DNA of 64,000 bases from an uncultured Candidatus Saccharibacteria bacterium (lineage in GTDB: Bacteria; Patescibacteriota; Minisyncoccia; Phycocordibacterales; WO2-35-19): positions 91,882 through 155,881 of the forward strand of contig CAZPQX010000002.1 in assembly GCA_964589445.1 (NCBI GenBank), in the 5' to 3' direction. The notes beneath the pieces are model-generated. The model made no database searches. It was not told the origin of the DNA and saw only the letters and a program-made list of their open reading frames with translations. The position numbers were made by a program, and so were the translations under genes. This document shows, one piece after another, positions 18,162 through 28,259 of the stretch. Every line of letters begins with the position of its first letter. The first letter of the stretch is position 1.

Positions 18162-18189
18162 ATTTCTAAAACCTATAATCCCCTTTAAT

Positions 18190-18441
18190 TTAATTTTTAA
18201 AAAATTTATCGAGAGTGTTTTTTATAAAATCGATCGACATCTTGGCTAGTTTGACGAGTAGCTCGCTGTACTCGTTCCAACCCTTGGCTGACCAAGTGTA
18301 GGCTAAGTCTAGAAACTCTCTAAATTTACCGCTAGTCAGAAAGCCGACTACATCTACGTTGAATGCGTACCTGAGGGTTATAAGGACTCCTACGACGATG
18401 AGGGTGATACTTATGAAGCCTTTGTTGTTTGGTTTGGTCAT
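18190..18441 (-). CDS. small membrane protein
   Basis: 83 aa with N-terminal KGF plus hydrophobic helix. Confidence 0.7.
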   Translation of the reverse strand: MTKPNNKGFISITLIVVGVLITLRYAFNVDVVGFLTSGKFREFLDLAYTWSAKGWNEYSELLVKLAKMSIDFIKNTLDKFFKN

Positions 18442-18479
18442 ACTATCTTTTATTTTTAAATTTAAGGTAAATCTGGTTT

Positions 18480-18526
18480 GATATATTCTTCGAAAAGCAC
18501 TATTCAGATTTCAAAGCAATTATATC
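18480..18526. repeat. dispersed element copy R2 (truncated)
   Basis: GATATATTCTTCGAAAAGCAC..TCAAAGC..TATATC. Confidence 0.6.
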
Positions 18527-18564
18527 GTGTTCGTTTATAAAAATCTTTGATAAATGTTGATGTT

Positions 18565-18666
18565 GGCCAGGTTCAGTATGTTCTTCGAAAAGCACCTCTA
18601 TCCATGAGAGTGGTCAATGTTCGTTCTTTGGTTCAAGGCTTTCCTCAGAACATACTGAACCTTGCC
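18565..18666. repeat. dispersed element copy R3
   Basis: AGGTTCAGTATGTTCT/AGAACATACTGAACCT arms around GAAAAGCAC...CTTTGGTTCAAGGCTTT. Confidence 0.9.
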
Positions 18667-18677
18667 TAGCGCTTCTT

Positions 18678-19955
18678 TTAGAAGTAAAGCATTGGGTCGA
18701 GGTATCCGTTGCTTGGGGCAATTGGGATATCTACATTTTTACAATTCTTGCTAGAAGTGTATCTTTGTATCTCGACTCCCTGGCTCGCATAGAGAGTAAA
18801 GTGAAGGTGTGGGCCGGTGGCGTAGCCAGTCTTGCCACTATAACCAATAATATCACCAGTAGAGACATTTTGATTTGCAGAGACCTTGATAAGGTCGAGG
18901 TGGGCGTAGAGACTCGTGAGACCGTTTGGATGCTCTATAAGGACCCATTGACCGTAAGAGTAGCAGCCTTTTTGAGCATCTGTATTACCAACACCTTTTA
19001 CAACTCCACTGAGAGCCGCTTTGACTGGCGTGCCTCGGGTCGCCCTGAAATCCACGCCGTTGTGGGTACCTGATACATAAAGCTTCTTGGCATCGACAGT
19101 TTTACCAAAGTATTGTGTAACAACGATGTTGTCGAGAGGGTAGCTGAGTATCCCCTTTCCGCTTGTAGGGAAGCTGCTTGGGTCTATAGCTCTCTTGAGT
19201 TGAGATTCGAAATTGAAAAGTTCTTTCTCAAATTTTTCTTTTTCAGCTTGTGCTAGGGCGAGCATATTTTTGTACTCGGTTTCTTTATTTTTTGTTTGAG
19301 TTAGGAGGCTCGTTTTTTCTTTTTTATTTATCTCGAGTATTTGATTTTTGTCTCCCAGCTCTGACTTGAGGCCTAGTAGGCTTTTCTTTTCTAATTCGGT
19401 CTCTTGTTTTTTGCCACCCAATTCTTCTTTGTAATTTGAAAGATCTTCGGACTGTTCCCTAACTTTGGTTTGGAATTGGACAGAGGTATCGTACTCCCCT
19501 AGCGCTTCAGCCAAACTCTGGCTCGAAAGAAATATTTCAACTAATGATCTGTTTTCTTTTTGGTCGAGCTCGCGGATAGACTTTTGTACAGCTTTTGAGT
19601 TGCTGCCTATTTTGATTTCTATACTGCTGATTTCGTCGCCAAGCTTTTCTAGGTTTAAGTTTGTTTTTTCTATGTTTGTCTCTGTCTTTTTTATTTCGGT
19701 AGTTATCTTCTTTTGGTTTATATCAAGAGTCTTTACGGCTGTCTGAAGGCTGCTTGCCTCTTTGCCCACTACCTCTATTTCTTTTTCATAAACTTTTATT
19801 TCTTGTTCGAGTTGTTTTATTTTTTCGCTGTGGCTGTTGATGTCTTCTTTTAGTTTGTCTACATTTTGAGAGTTTGCTTGTTTGCTATAAGGGCTGTAAA
19901 AAATAAAAACGGCAAAAACAAAAAATAGAATTGTTTTTGTAAATCCTTTTTCCAT
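18678..19955 (-). CDS. M23 peptidase with long coiled coil (EnvC/MepM-like)
   Basis: HNGVD, YAHL, TGPHLHF; signal sequence. Confidence 0.9.
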   Translation of the reverse strand: MEKGFTKTILFFVFAVFIFYSPYSKQANSQNVDKLKEDINSHSEKIKQLEQEIKVYEKEIEVVGKEASSLQTAVKTLDINQKKITTEIKKTETNIEKTNLNLEKLGDEISSIEIKIGSNSKAVQKSIRELDQKENRSLVEIFLSSQSLAEALGEYDTSVQFQTKVREQSEDLSNYKEELGGKKQETELEKKSLLGLKSELGDKNQILEINKKEKTSLLTQTKNKETEYKNMLALAQAEKEKFEKELFNFESQLKRAIDPSSFPTSGKGILSYPLDNIVVTQYFGKTVDAKKLYVSGTHNGVDFRATRGTPVKAALSGVVKGVGNTDAQKGCYSYGQWVLIEHPNGLTSLYAHLDLIKVSANQNVSTGDIIGYSGKTGYATGPHLHFTLYASQGVEIQRYTSSKNCKNVDIPIAPSNGYLDPMLYF

Positions 19956-19962
19956 TCATTTA

Positions 19963-21381
19963 TTATAACAATTTTATGGCTGCAAGTACCCTATTTTTAC
20001 TTTCTTCTTCACCCAATATCTTCATGAGGGAAAACGGGTCCGGAGACTTGTCTTTGCCTGATAGGGAGAAGCGTAAAGGCCATAGTACTTCCCCCTTCCC
20101 TACTCTTTCGGCGAGTTGCATGATTTGGTCTGCTTCTCCAATAATTTTTAGTATTTCTTCGAGATTATTTTTGGCTTCTTCTTTTGTTTGCTTTTTCCAA
20201 CATATTTTTTCTGGCTCTGGGGCGGGTGCCTCAAATAGGTAGTCAAACTCGCCTGCAGTTAAGAGCTCCTCTACTTCACCCCACCTGTGTATCCTTTCGA
20301 GCAGTAAATCTAAAAAATTTTCTAAGAATTGAGTATCTTCTAGTTTTGGATTTTGGTTGAATCTTGTTTTTTCAAGCTGGGATTTTACATTTGAAATTTT
20401 GGATTCCCTCGAACTTTTTAGGATGTGTTGTTTGTTCACCCAATTTAACTTTTCGATATTGAAGACGCCGCCCTTTTTTTGGACCTTTGAAATATCAAAA
20501 TCTTTTATTAGTTCTTCTAGGGTAAAAATTTCTTTGTCTGTGCCTGGGTTCCAACCGACAAGACAGAGGAAGTTTAAAATTGCTTCTGGCTCATAGCCTT
20601 TTTCTTTGTAGTATTTTAAAGACACACTCTCTCCGTGTTTCCTTTTGGAAAGTTTGGACTTGTCTTCTGCTAAGACTAGAGGCAGGTGTGCGTAAATCGG
20701 CCTTTCTCCTCCCAAGGCTTCTAGTATCAATATTTGTCTTGGGGTATTTGATATGTGGTCTTCGCCTCTTATCACATGGGTCACTCCCATTTCTAAATCG
20801 TCTACTACGACAGTCAGGTGGTATAGAGGCTCGTTTATATTTTTGGCTATAACGAAATCATTTAAATCTCCTACATCTATCTCGACTTCTCCTCGTATAA
20901 GGTCTTGGAATTTTATTTTGCCTCCTGGGTTTTTGAATCTTACTACCCGCCCGCCATCGCTACGCCCGCCTGCTATGCGTTGCGAATCATTGCGGGCAGG
21001 CTCAGGCGTTAGCGGGCGGGCCTCTTTATTTTCGCTCGCCTCAGTCTCTTGCAAAGATTGGTTTGATTCTTCAGCCAAATAGGCAGCACCTTTCTTTATC
21101 AGTTCTTGAATTTTGTTTCTGTAAATTTCGGTCCTTTCACTCTGTCTCCAGATTTGGCCTTTGTTGTCATAATCAATACCGAGCCAGGAGAGGGAGTCAA
21201 ATATGTCTGTCTCGTATTCTTTTTTGCTTCTTTCTTTATCGGTATCTTCTATACGCATCAATAGTTCGCCTTGATTTTGTTTGGCAAAGATATAGTTATA
21301 TAGGGCTGTCCTCACACCCCCAACATGCAAGAGACCAGTGGGGCTTGGAGGGAACCTGACTATCACTTTTTTAGCTTCCAT
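19963..21381 (-). CDS. gltX: glutamate--tRNA ligase, with in-frame palindromic insertion
   Basis: RFPPSPTG.LHVG, RIEDTD, IRGEDH, KLSKR. Confidence 0.96.
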   Translation of the reverse strand: MEAKKVIVRFPPSPTGLLHVGGVRTALYNYIFAKQNQGELLMRIEDTDKERSKKEYETDIFDSLSWLGIDYDNKGQIWRQSERTEIYRNKIQELIKKGAAYLAEESNQSLQETEASENKEARPLTPEPARNDSQRIAGGRSDGGRVVRFKNPGGKIKFQDLIRGEVEIDVGDLNDFVIAKNINEPLYHLTVVVDDLEMGVTHVIRGEDHISNTPRQILILEALGGERPIYAHLPLVLAEDKSKLSKRKHGESVSLKYYKEKGYEPEAILNFLCLVGWNPGTDKEIFTLEELIKDFDISKVQKKGGVFNIEKLNWVNKQHILKSSRESKISNVKSQLEKTRFNQNPKLEDTQFLENFLDLLLERIHRWGEVEELLTAGEFDYLFEAPAPEPEKICWKKQTKEEAKNNLEEILKIIGEADQIMQLAERVGKGEVLWPLRFSLSGKDKSPDPFSLMKILGEEESKNRVLAAIKLL

Positions 21382-21443
21382 GAAGGCATTATAACAGATT
21401 TATAAGACTCTCCCAGCCCTCTTATTTATTTTAAAAGATGGTC

Positions 21444-21554
21444 TAGAAAACTCCTGTTCATAATTTTCCAAAAGCACATCTATCCATGAGAGTGGTCAAT
21501 GTTCGTTCTTTGGTTCAAGGCTTTTTCCAAATTATGAACAGAAGTGTTTGTCTA
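21444..21554. repeat. dispersed element copy R4
   Basis: Core almost identical to R3 with different arms CTGTTCATAATTT/AAATTATGAACAG. Confidence 0.9.
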
Positions 21555-21560
21555 AGCTAT

Positions 21561-22694
21561 CTAATCAAGTTTTTGGTGAGAAATAGCTATCGAAAGTAGC
21601 TCTTGGGCTATGGTGTCTGCAGCACCTTGCTTGAAGAATTGTTTGCTGCCATTTTTCATGGACTCTATTATATTTTTATCTCCCAAAATCCTTCTTATTT
21701 CAGCTAAAAATATGTGGGATTTTAGATTTTCTTCTTTTATGACTGAGCAGGCACCATATTTGGCATATGAGAAAGCGTTTTTGACTTGATGGTCTCCGTT
21801 TGAATGAGTAATGGGGATGATGATGGAAGGTATGCCCCAAGCAGCTATCTCAAATATGGTCGAGCCACCACGGCTCACTATGACAGAAGATGCACCTGCT
21901 GCCATCATCATTTCTAGACTGTTTAAGTACTCGATTGGTTTGTATCTATTTTTATTGGGCTGGTTTATAAGGATGGCTTCTGCGGACTCTTTTACTGGTT
22001 CAAATTTTACTTTGCCAGTCTGGTGGATTATTTGGAAGTCTTTTACGAGATCAACGAGCGAGTCGAGCACGGCATTGTTTATCGTCTCTGAGCCTTGTGA
22101 GCCGCCCATTATAAAAATCGTAGGTATGCTTGACTCTAGGCCGAAAAATTCAAATGCGTTGGCTGTGATAGGTATTTTTTTGTCTTCTAATATCGGCTGT
22201 CCGGTCACTTCTGTTTTTTTAGCATCAAAATATTTGGCTGCCTCTTCGTAGGAGAGCGCAACTCTTGTGGCAAACCTGCCTGCAAATTTGTTTACTATCC
22301 CCGGCACTGAGTCTGACTCGTGCACCACAACTGGTATCCTCAAAATGAAAGCTGCGAGTACTGCTGGGAAGCTACCGAAGCCACCTTTGCTAAAAAGCAC
22401 ATCAGGAAATACGCTGAACATATCGAAGAATGCTATAAAAGAACCCCAGGCTGTCTTAAAAATATCGACAAAGTTCATTATGGAGAAATATCGGCGAAGT
22501 TTGCCCGCCGTCACCTTTTTGTATTTTATTTTGTGATCGTAAAGTATGCCTTGGTTGTAGGGGGTCGGTGCAAAGAAATAGAGTTCGGGAGAAATAAATT
22601 TTCTTTGCTGGGATATTTTTTGGATTGATTCGGCGACGGCGATGATGGGATAAAAGTGTCCACCTGTGCCTCCTCCTGTAAAAGCTATTTTCAT
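21561..22694 (-). CDS. murG: lipid II GlcNAc transferase
   Basis: GGGTGGH, HESD..PG, GGSQG, HQ..NA. Confidence 0.95.
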   Translation of the reverse strand: MKIAFTGGGTGGHFYPIIAVAESIQKISQQRKFISPELYFFAPTPYNQGILYDHKIKYKKVTAGKLRRYFSIMNFVDIFKTAWGSFIAFFDMFSVFPDVLFSKGGFGSFPAVLAAFILRIPVVVHESDSVPGIVNKFAGRFATRVALSYEEAAKYFDAKKTEVTGQPILEDKKIPITANAFEFFGLESSIPTIFIMGGSQGSETINNAVLDSLVDLVKDFQIIHQTGKVKFEPVKESAEAILINQPNKNRYKPIEYLNSLEMMMAAGASSVIVSRGGSTIFEIAAWGIPSIIIPITHSNGDHQVKNAFSYAKYGACSVIKEENLKSHIFLAEIRRILGDKNIIESMKNGSKQFFKQGAADTIAQELLSIAISHQKLD

Positions 22695-22707
22695 TTTTTT
22701 ATTATAT

Positions 22708-23808
22708 TTATTTCTTTGCTTGTCTTGATATATTCATCACTATCCCGACTTCAAGAAGGTTGATGAGAAGTGCTGTGCCTCCGTGGCTCACGAAGGGTAG
22801 TGGTATCCCCGTGAGGGGTAAAATGCCGATAATACCGCCTATATTTACCATCGCTTGGGATATGATAAGTATAACAATTCCCACAGAAAGTAGTCTACCA
22901 AAATCGTCTGGGGCTCTGCCTGCGACTTTGAGACCTTCTATTGAAAACATTATAAAGGCAGCTATCAGTATGAATGCTCCAACGAAACCAAATTCCTCTG
23001 CTGCTACGGCGAATACGGAGTCACCTATTGGCTCTGGCAGATAGCTAAATTTCTGGACACTTTGCCCAAAGCCCCTACCCCACATTTCGCCTGAACCGAC
23101 TGCGATGAGAGACTGCTGCAACTGGTAGCCAGTTGTTTGGCTGTTTGCGGCTGGGTCAATCAGTGTCTTTATCCTCTGCATGACATAGGGCCTTGTGAAA
23201 GCGAGTCCTGCTAATATCAGCACTCCTGCGATCGCTATCGCAAATATATGTTTCCATTTTGCTCCGGCTGTGATGTACATGGCGAGGCCGGCAAACATGG
23301 TGACTGCAAATGTATCAGTGTCTGGCTGTGCTAGGAGGACCAGACCTACAATGCTAGAGAATATTATGAAAGGCAAAAGTCCCCATTTGAATGTATCTAC
23401 CCGTTTTTTTATACCCGAAAGCCAAGCGGCAAAATATACAACGAAGCTTACTTTTAAAATTTCAGAAGGTTGGAATGAAATAAACTTTAGATCGATCCAG
23501 CGGTGTGCGCCACCATGCTCCATGCCTATGCCTGGGATAAATACAAAAAGTGTGAGGACTACAGATCCCACAAAAAACCAAAAACTAATTTTCCTCCATA
23601 TGTGATAGTCGACTCGTGCAAATATGATGCAGGCTAATGTACCAAGGAAGAGGCCGTAGAAAATTTGTTTGAATGCGACGCTTGAAAATTTGATTTCGTC
23701 GCGCGCGAGTACTCCTAAGGAAGCTGAGCTAAAAATAAAAAATCCCGCCACTACGAGAAGTATTGTCCACACCAAAAAAGGTCTGCTGATTTTGCCGATT
23801 CTTGCCAT
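22708..23808 (-). CDS. ftsW: SEDS peptidoglycan polymerase FtsW
   Basis: GA.RW, FQPSE..K, QPD, PLTGIPLPFVSHGG; adjacent to murG. Confidence 0.9.
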   Translation of the reverse strand: MARIGKISRPFLVWTILLVVAGFFIFSSASLGVLARDEIKFSSVAFKQIFYGLFLGTLACIIFARVDYHIWRKISFWFFVGSVVLTLFVFIPGIGMEHGGAHRWIDLKFISFQPSEILKVSFVVYFAAWLSGIKKRVDTFKWGLLPFIIFSSIVGLVLLAQPDTDTFAVTMFAGLAMYITAGAKWKHIFAIAIAGVLILAGLAFTRPYVMQRIKTLIDPAANSQTTGYQLQQSLIAVGSGEMWGRGFGQSVQKFSYLPEPIGDSVFAVAAEEFGFVGAFILIAAFIMFSIEGLKVAGRAPDDFGRLLSVGIVILIISQAMVNIGGIIGILPLTGIPLPFVSHGGTALLINLLEVGIVMNISRQAKK

Positions 23809-23939
23809 ATAAAATTCATTATAACCCACCCCACCCTTTTAAAAAATACGGGATAACTTTAACTCAGTAAATATATTGCATTTTAGTATAAATTGTGCTA
23901 TAATATGCATTAGTTGTACTTTGAAAGAAAGGAATTCCA

Positions 23940-25421
23940 GTGATTAAAAAAATGGCGAAAAATTTCGCCGAATTCAATCGCGTTTGGGTGTGGGGTACTC
24001 CCCTTGCCTACTTGCCGCTTTTTCTCCTGCTTGTCACCTGCTTCGTGCCGGCTTATCAAGAGTCGGCCCGGGTGTCTGAAAAGGAGCAACAGATTTTGCT
24101 CAGCCGTGTGCCTGATATGAATGCGGCTGACATCCTCCGTGAGGTCGAGTGCCTCGCGGATGAGATGATGCAGACCGACGCATCAGCCCCGGCAACTTCG
24201 CCGGATGTTGTTTTCATTTTGGTCGACCGGTCCCTCTTCTTAGAGAAAGTCTTGCAAAAGAGTCTCTACAAGTTTGGGAGGATGTCGAACCCGCAAGTTG
24301 ATGAGTTGGTAAAGGCGGAAGCCAAGCTGCTCACTCATGTGGGTGCACAAAAACCTCAGGTTTACACCCAGAGGGTAAGGCTCCAGAAGGAGCTCGTCGA
24401 TCGCTTTCAGGGAAAGACGAAAGAGTTTGATGCTCGGCTCGCTGCGTGGCGGGAGAAGCATCCGATTGACCAGATGCCCAAGTTGCCATCTCAGACATGG
24501 AGGCTCGCTAAGGAGGGCTATCTGCTCTCTGTCCTGGTTATGTTTTGCTTCTTTGTGATGCGCTTGTATCGTAAAGAGCAGATTGTATGGGTGGAGACGC
24601 CACGGATCTTGCTGTTCTCTATTCTTTGGCCCGTTGGACTCTTCGTTTATCCTACGGACAAAACAAAGATGGAGCAGCTGAGGCAAGCACTCCAGGTGCT
24701 CTGCTACTCGCAGTCTATCATCATGTCGATATTTGGTTTCTGGGGTTTGGGTGCCATGCAAATGGTCAAAGCCCAAGCTTCTAGTGGCCAGGCAAAGAGC
24801 AAGGTGAACGGAAAGGACCGGCGCTTTGAGATTGGCAAACCAGTCTTCGGTGCTGAGTTGTATCATGGGCAGGGCTTGCCTTCGGAAGAAGGTTTGATGC
24901 TTGCACCGTGGTATGCGATCAAATCTCGCTTGGGACCAGTGAGTGTCTCGCAATTTGGGTTTGTGGAGTTGGGGCAAAATAAGTCTCAGTTATTCACGAA
25001 CCATGCGGCGACTTTTACTCACGACAAGGTGCCATTCGCTTACCGCACTGAATCCGGCGGTTCGCCTAAGGGGGCCTTCTGGAGCGGCGGACCAGTAATC
25101 GTGCTGAGCCGGACTCCTGGGGTCCGCAAGGTCGTTGGGTCTGCTTTGCAGTCTCTTTCGGTCGCGCGCCTGGGGCGTATCCGAGGTTCGGGACCAGAGC
25201 AAGAGATTTTCTTTTCTTGGGCAACCAAGAAAGTCGCTTTAGGTTTTGGAGACATTTCTTTCGACGGCTTTTACCGGATTCGTCCGGGAGCCAAGTCGAA
25301 TGTCGGCCAACCTCGCCTCATCTTCCGGCCCAAAAACTGGAAGATCGCTACTATAAACTATGAGATGTGGTGGGTCGGCTACAAACCCACCCATCGAATC
25401 GGACTGGAATTCACTTTCTAA
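23940..25421 (+). CDS. hypothetical membrane protein with C-terminal beta-barrel-like domain (ORFan cassette)
   Basis: 493 aa, GC-richer than neighbours; TTGCAT-N17-TATAAT, AAAGGA SD, terminator CCCGCATGGCG..CGCCATGCGGG-ATTTT; ends IGLEFTF. Confidence 0.75.
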   Translation: MIKKMAKNFAEFNRVWVWGTPLAYLPLFLLLVTCFVPAYQESARVSEKEQQILLSRVPDMNAADILREVECLADEMMQTDASAPATSPDVVFILVDRSLFLEKVLQKSLYKFGRMSNPQVDELVKAEAKLLTHVGAQKPQVYTQRVRLQKELVDRFQGKTKEFDARLAAWREKHPIDQMPKLPSQTWRLAKEGYLLSVLVMFCFFVMRLYRKEQIVWVETPRILLFSILWPVGLFVYPTDKTKMEQLRQALQVLCYSQSIIMSIFGFWGLGAMQMVKAQASSGQAKSKVNGKDRRFEIGKPVFGAELYHGQGLPSEEGLMLAPWYAIKSRLGPVSVSQFGFVELGQNKSQLFTNHAATFTHDKVPFAYRTESGGSPKGAFWSGGPVIVLSRTPGVRKVVGSALQSLSVARLGRIRGSGPEQEIFFSWATKKVALGFGDISFDGFYRIRPGAKSNVGQPRLIFRPKNWKIATINYEMWWVGYKPTHRIGLEFTF

Positions 25422-25538
25422 ACCCTTCAGGTTTTCCCGCATGGCGCGCTTGCACGCCATGCGGGATTTTGTTTTAAAAAAGAAACAGGGACTCTTTTGG
25501 AGTCCCTTGTGTTTGAGGTGTGGCGCGGCTGGCCGCGG

Positions 25539-26057
25539 CTACTTTTTCGGCCAGTTGAGGTAGCTGCGGAATTCGAAACTAATGAACGACTGTTTGTTCA
25601 ACTCGTCCAAGACAAACATTAGCCCTCTGTTAAAATCGCATACTAGGATGTCCTTCCCTCGTGTGAAGTGACAGTTCCCCTTATGGGTGACCCAATCGTT
25701 TGTCGCCCCGATCCAGGTGGTGTTGCCTTCCAGGTTGGTTTCCCATTGCCTCTGATAGGAGTCCTGGATACTCTCGATTTTGAGAGTGGCGTCAAGCATT
25801 AGTCGGGTGTCTAAGACCAATTGCACCCAGCCTTGCTCGTTAGAGTAGGCGAACCAAATAAAATTAACTGTGCGTCCCTTTTCGGCCCAGTATATACCCT
25901 TGCCCCAGCCCAAGGGGCGGGTCAGCCACTTCTTGGCAGCCTTGTGTTTGGAGTAGAATTGCATTTCTTTTCTAACAAAATCTGGAAGTTTTTCCGCGAC
26001 CGCTAAGGTCGCGAAGAGGTTGGTGAGCAAGACGAGCGTTGCTGTTAGTTTTTTCAC
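25539..26057 (-). CDS. secreted hypothetical protein (ORFan cassette)
   Basis: Signal peptide MKKL..LAVA, ACAGGAG SD, terminator AAGGGACTC..GAGTCCCTGTTT. Confidence 0.75.
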   Translation of the reverse strand: MKKLTATLVLLTNLFATLAVAEKLPDFVRKEMQFYSKHKAAKKWLTRPLGWGKGIYWAEKGRTVNFIWFAYSNEQGWVQLVLDTRLMLDATLKIESIQDSYQRQWETNLEGNTTWIGATNDWVTHKGNCHFTRGKDILVCDFNRGLMFVLDELNKQSFISFEFRSYLNWPKK

Positions 26058-26140
26058 AGAGATCTCCTGTGATTAGAGTGATATATTTATTTACTTCTGT
26101 CAAACCTAAAAGTATAACCGCAACTATTTTAATTTAGGAA

Positions 26141-26238
26141 AACCCCCAGGAATATTAGGAGAAAAGCCTTGGACCAAAGAAGGAAAAGTGCTCGCTCCCG
26201 GGTTACAAGTGCTTTTCGGATAATATTCCTGAGGGGTT
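26141..26238. repeat. dispersed element copy R5 (opposite orientation)
   Basis: CAGGAATATTA-GGA-GAAAAGCCTTGGACCAAAG...GTGCTTTTC-GGA-TAATATTCCTG. Confidence 0.9.
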
Positions 26239-26244
26239 AAAGAC

Positions 26245-27306
26245 TTACCCAATTAGAGCTAAGCTGATACCGAGAAGAGCGCAGACTGTAGAGAAGATCC
26301 AGTAACGCATAGTCACTTTGTAAGGAGGCCAGCCGAGGGCTTCAAAGTGGTGATGAAGGGGTGCAACACGGAAAACTTTTTTGCCGCGGAATTTTTTGGA
26401 AAATACTTGAATTAGATTTGAGAGGACTGTGATCACGAGTGGCATGGCGATGACCGGAAGTACCAAAAGCCCATAGCCATCCCCTAGCCTGTCAGTCATG
26501 AAGGCTACTACTGTGAGAGTGATAGTGAGGCCCATGCTGCCTGTTTCTGACATGTAAAACCTGGCTGGCGGGATGTTGAACCAGAGGAAAGCAAGCAGGC
26601 CTCCAGCGATGGTGGCGCAAAATGCTGCGAGGTCTATCTGCTGTTGATAAAAAGCGATGCCTCCGTATGCGGCAAACATGGTGGTGAAGATGCCACCGGC
26701 GAGACCATCTATGCCGTCTATCACTCCTCCTGCGTATATGAAGAGTGCTGTGAGGAGAAAGAGTAAAATGAAAAGAGGACCGAGGTAGAGCTCGCCAAGA
26801 CCGAAAGGAAGACCGATACCGACTACATCAAGCTTGTCATAAAACCACCAAGCAGATAAAAGTGCGATAACTGAAACTATGGTGAGCCTCTTTTTGAGTG
26901 AAAGACCACCACTGCTCGATTCTTTTATTTCTAGGTAATCGTCGACGAGACCGACGAGGGAGCCAGCGAGTAGAGTGGCAAAAGGGACCCAGGTTTGGTT
27001 TCTTGAAATAAAATCAAGCTTCACTAAAGTCTCGCCTCCTATGAGGTGTGAGAGTGCCCAGATGAATATCATGGTGAGGCTGGCGCTCAGCCATATGATG
27101 ATGCCTCCCATGCGAGGCGTGTTTACTTCCCTATCTTTGTGGAGCTCATTGAAAACTTTTGCTTCCTCACCGCTTATGGCTATTTTGCCTGCCTTCTTCT
27201 TCCAACATTTATATTTGTAGAGGTAATTGGTCAGAATGGGTGTAATGAGAACCCCGGCTACGAAAGAGCCAACTGCTGGCAAGAAAACTTTTACGATATC
27301 TATCAT
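26245..27306 (-). CDS. mraY: phospho-MurNAc-pentapeptide translocase
   Basis: TPRMGG, DD, DGIDGL, FN.PPA..YM, APLHHHFE. Confidence 0.95.
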   Translation of the reverse strand: MIDIVKVFLPAVGSFVAGVLITPILTNYLYKYKCWKKKAGKIAISGEEAKVFNELHKDREVNTPRMGGIIIWLSASLTMIFIWALSHLIGGETLVKLDFISRNQTWVPFATLLAGSLVGLVDDYLEIKESSSGGLSLKKRLTIVSVIALLSAWWFYDKLDVVGIGLPFGLGELYLGPLFILLFLLTALFIYAGGVIDGIDGLAGGIFTTMFAAYGGIAFYQQQIDLAAFCATIAGGLLAFLWFNIPPARFYMSETGSMGLTITLTVVAFMTDRLGDGYGLLVLPVIAMPLVITVLSNLIQVFSKKFRGKKVFRVAPLHHHFEALGWPPYKVTMRYWIFSTVCALLGISLALIG

Positions 27307-27311
27307 GGTTT

Positions 27312-28259
27312 TTAATTATTTGATTTTATGTATTTGAGGGCGGCGTTGACTAGGGCGAGCGAGTCGGTGAACCTCCCCTCTTTGCTTGAGCCAAGGACTG
27401 AAACTATGATCGGTCTTTCAAGCCCTGCGTTGAACGCGATGACGAGGTTGCCGCCAGCGAGGTCGGTAAAGCCAGTTTTTGAGGCTATAAGGCCAGGTAT
27501 CTCATCTACATGAGTATTGGTGTTGGTAGCTTCGTATGTGCGGGTGCCGCTTTGGAATGTGAGACTTTTGTACCGGGTGGCTTCGAGTAAGTCGGGGATA
27601 TTTCGCATTGCGTATTCAAAAAGCAAAGCAGTGTCTTTGGCTGAACCATATGCACCGCCCCTGTCGATGCTGGCGTCGAGTCCGTGAGCATTTAAAAAGT
27701 GACTATTTAGGAGACCTATTTGTACAGCAAGCTCGTTCATTTTTTGTATGAATTCTTCTTCGCTGTCTATTTCATTTGAAACTTCTGAAACTGCAGCGAG
27801 TGCGTATGCACCATCATTGGAAGAAGTGAGGAGCGTGAAGTCGCGAAGATCTTTTTGGTTCCACAAATCTCCAACGAGAAGGCCTGAGTCCCCTTCTGGA
27901 GAAAGATAATCTTCTTTTATCCTGATCATCTCTTGCTTCGGTAGATATTTGTCTGCTGTGACTGCTGTCATCACCTTTGTAAGAGAAGCTAGAGGGAGAG
28001 CTAAGTCTGCATTTTTGCTAAAAATTTCTCTTTTGTTTACGACATCCCAAACTACTACTGCTTTGGCTTCTAGCTCTATATTTTCGAAAGGATTGACGAT
28101 GACTTCTTTAGCAAGAGCCTCTTTTTTTTGGTGTGCCGAGTCGAGAGAAAACAGCATCGAGGCGAATACTATAACAGAAAGTATGCAAAAAGCACTGAGT
28201 ACTTTTAGGAAATATTTGGTCCTATTTTCGATTGTGAGTAATGGTTTAATTTTCTCCAT
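27312..28259 (-). CDS. D-Ala-D-Ala carboxypeptidase (S11)
   Basis: ASLTK (SxxK), SSN (SxN), KTG. Confidence 0.9.
   Translation of the reverse strand: MEKIKPLLTIENRTKYFLKVLSAFCILSVIVFASMLFSLDSAHQKKEALAKEVIVNPFENIELEAKAVVVWDVVNKREIFSKNADLALPLASLTKVMTAVTADKYLPKQEMIRIKEDYLSPEGDSGLLVGDLWNQKDLRDFTLLTSSNDGAYALAAVSEVSNEIDSEEEFIQKMNELAVQIGLLNSHFLNAHGLDASIDRGGAYGSAKDTALLFEYAMRNIPDLLEATRYKSLTFQSGTRTYEATNTNTHVDEIPGLIASKTGFTDLAGGNLVIAFNAGLERPIIVSVLGSSKEGRFTDSLALVNAALKYIKSNN

Noticed and set aside
24240-24977. 245-aa antisense ORF (likewise 28857-29579, 58346-59086 and other antisense ORFs)
   Set aside because: Antisense shadows of well-supported genes, with no motifs.
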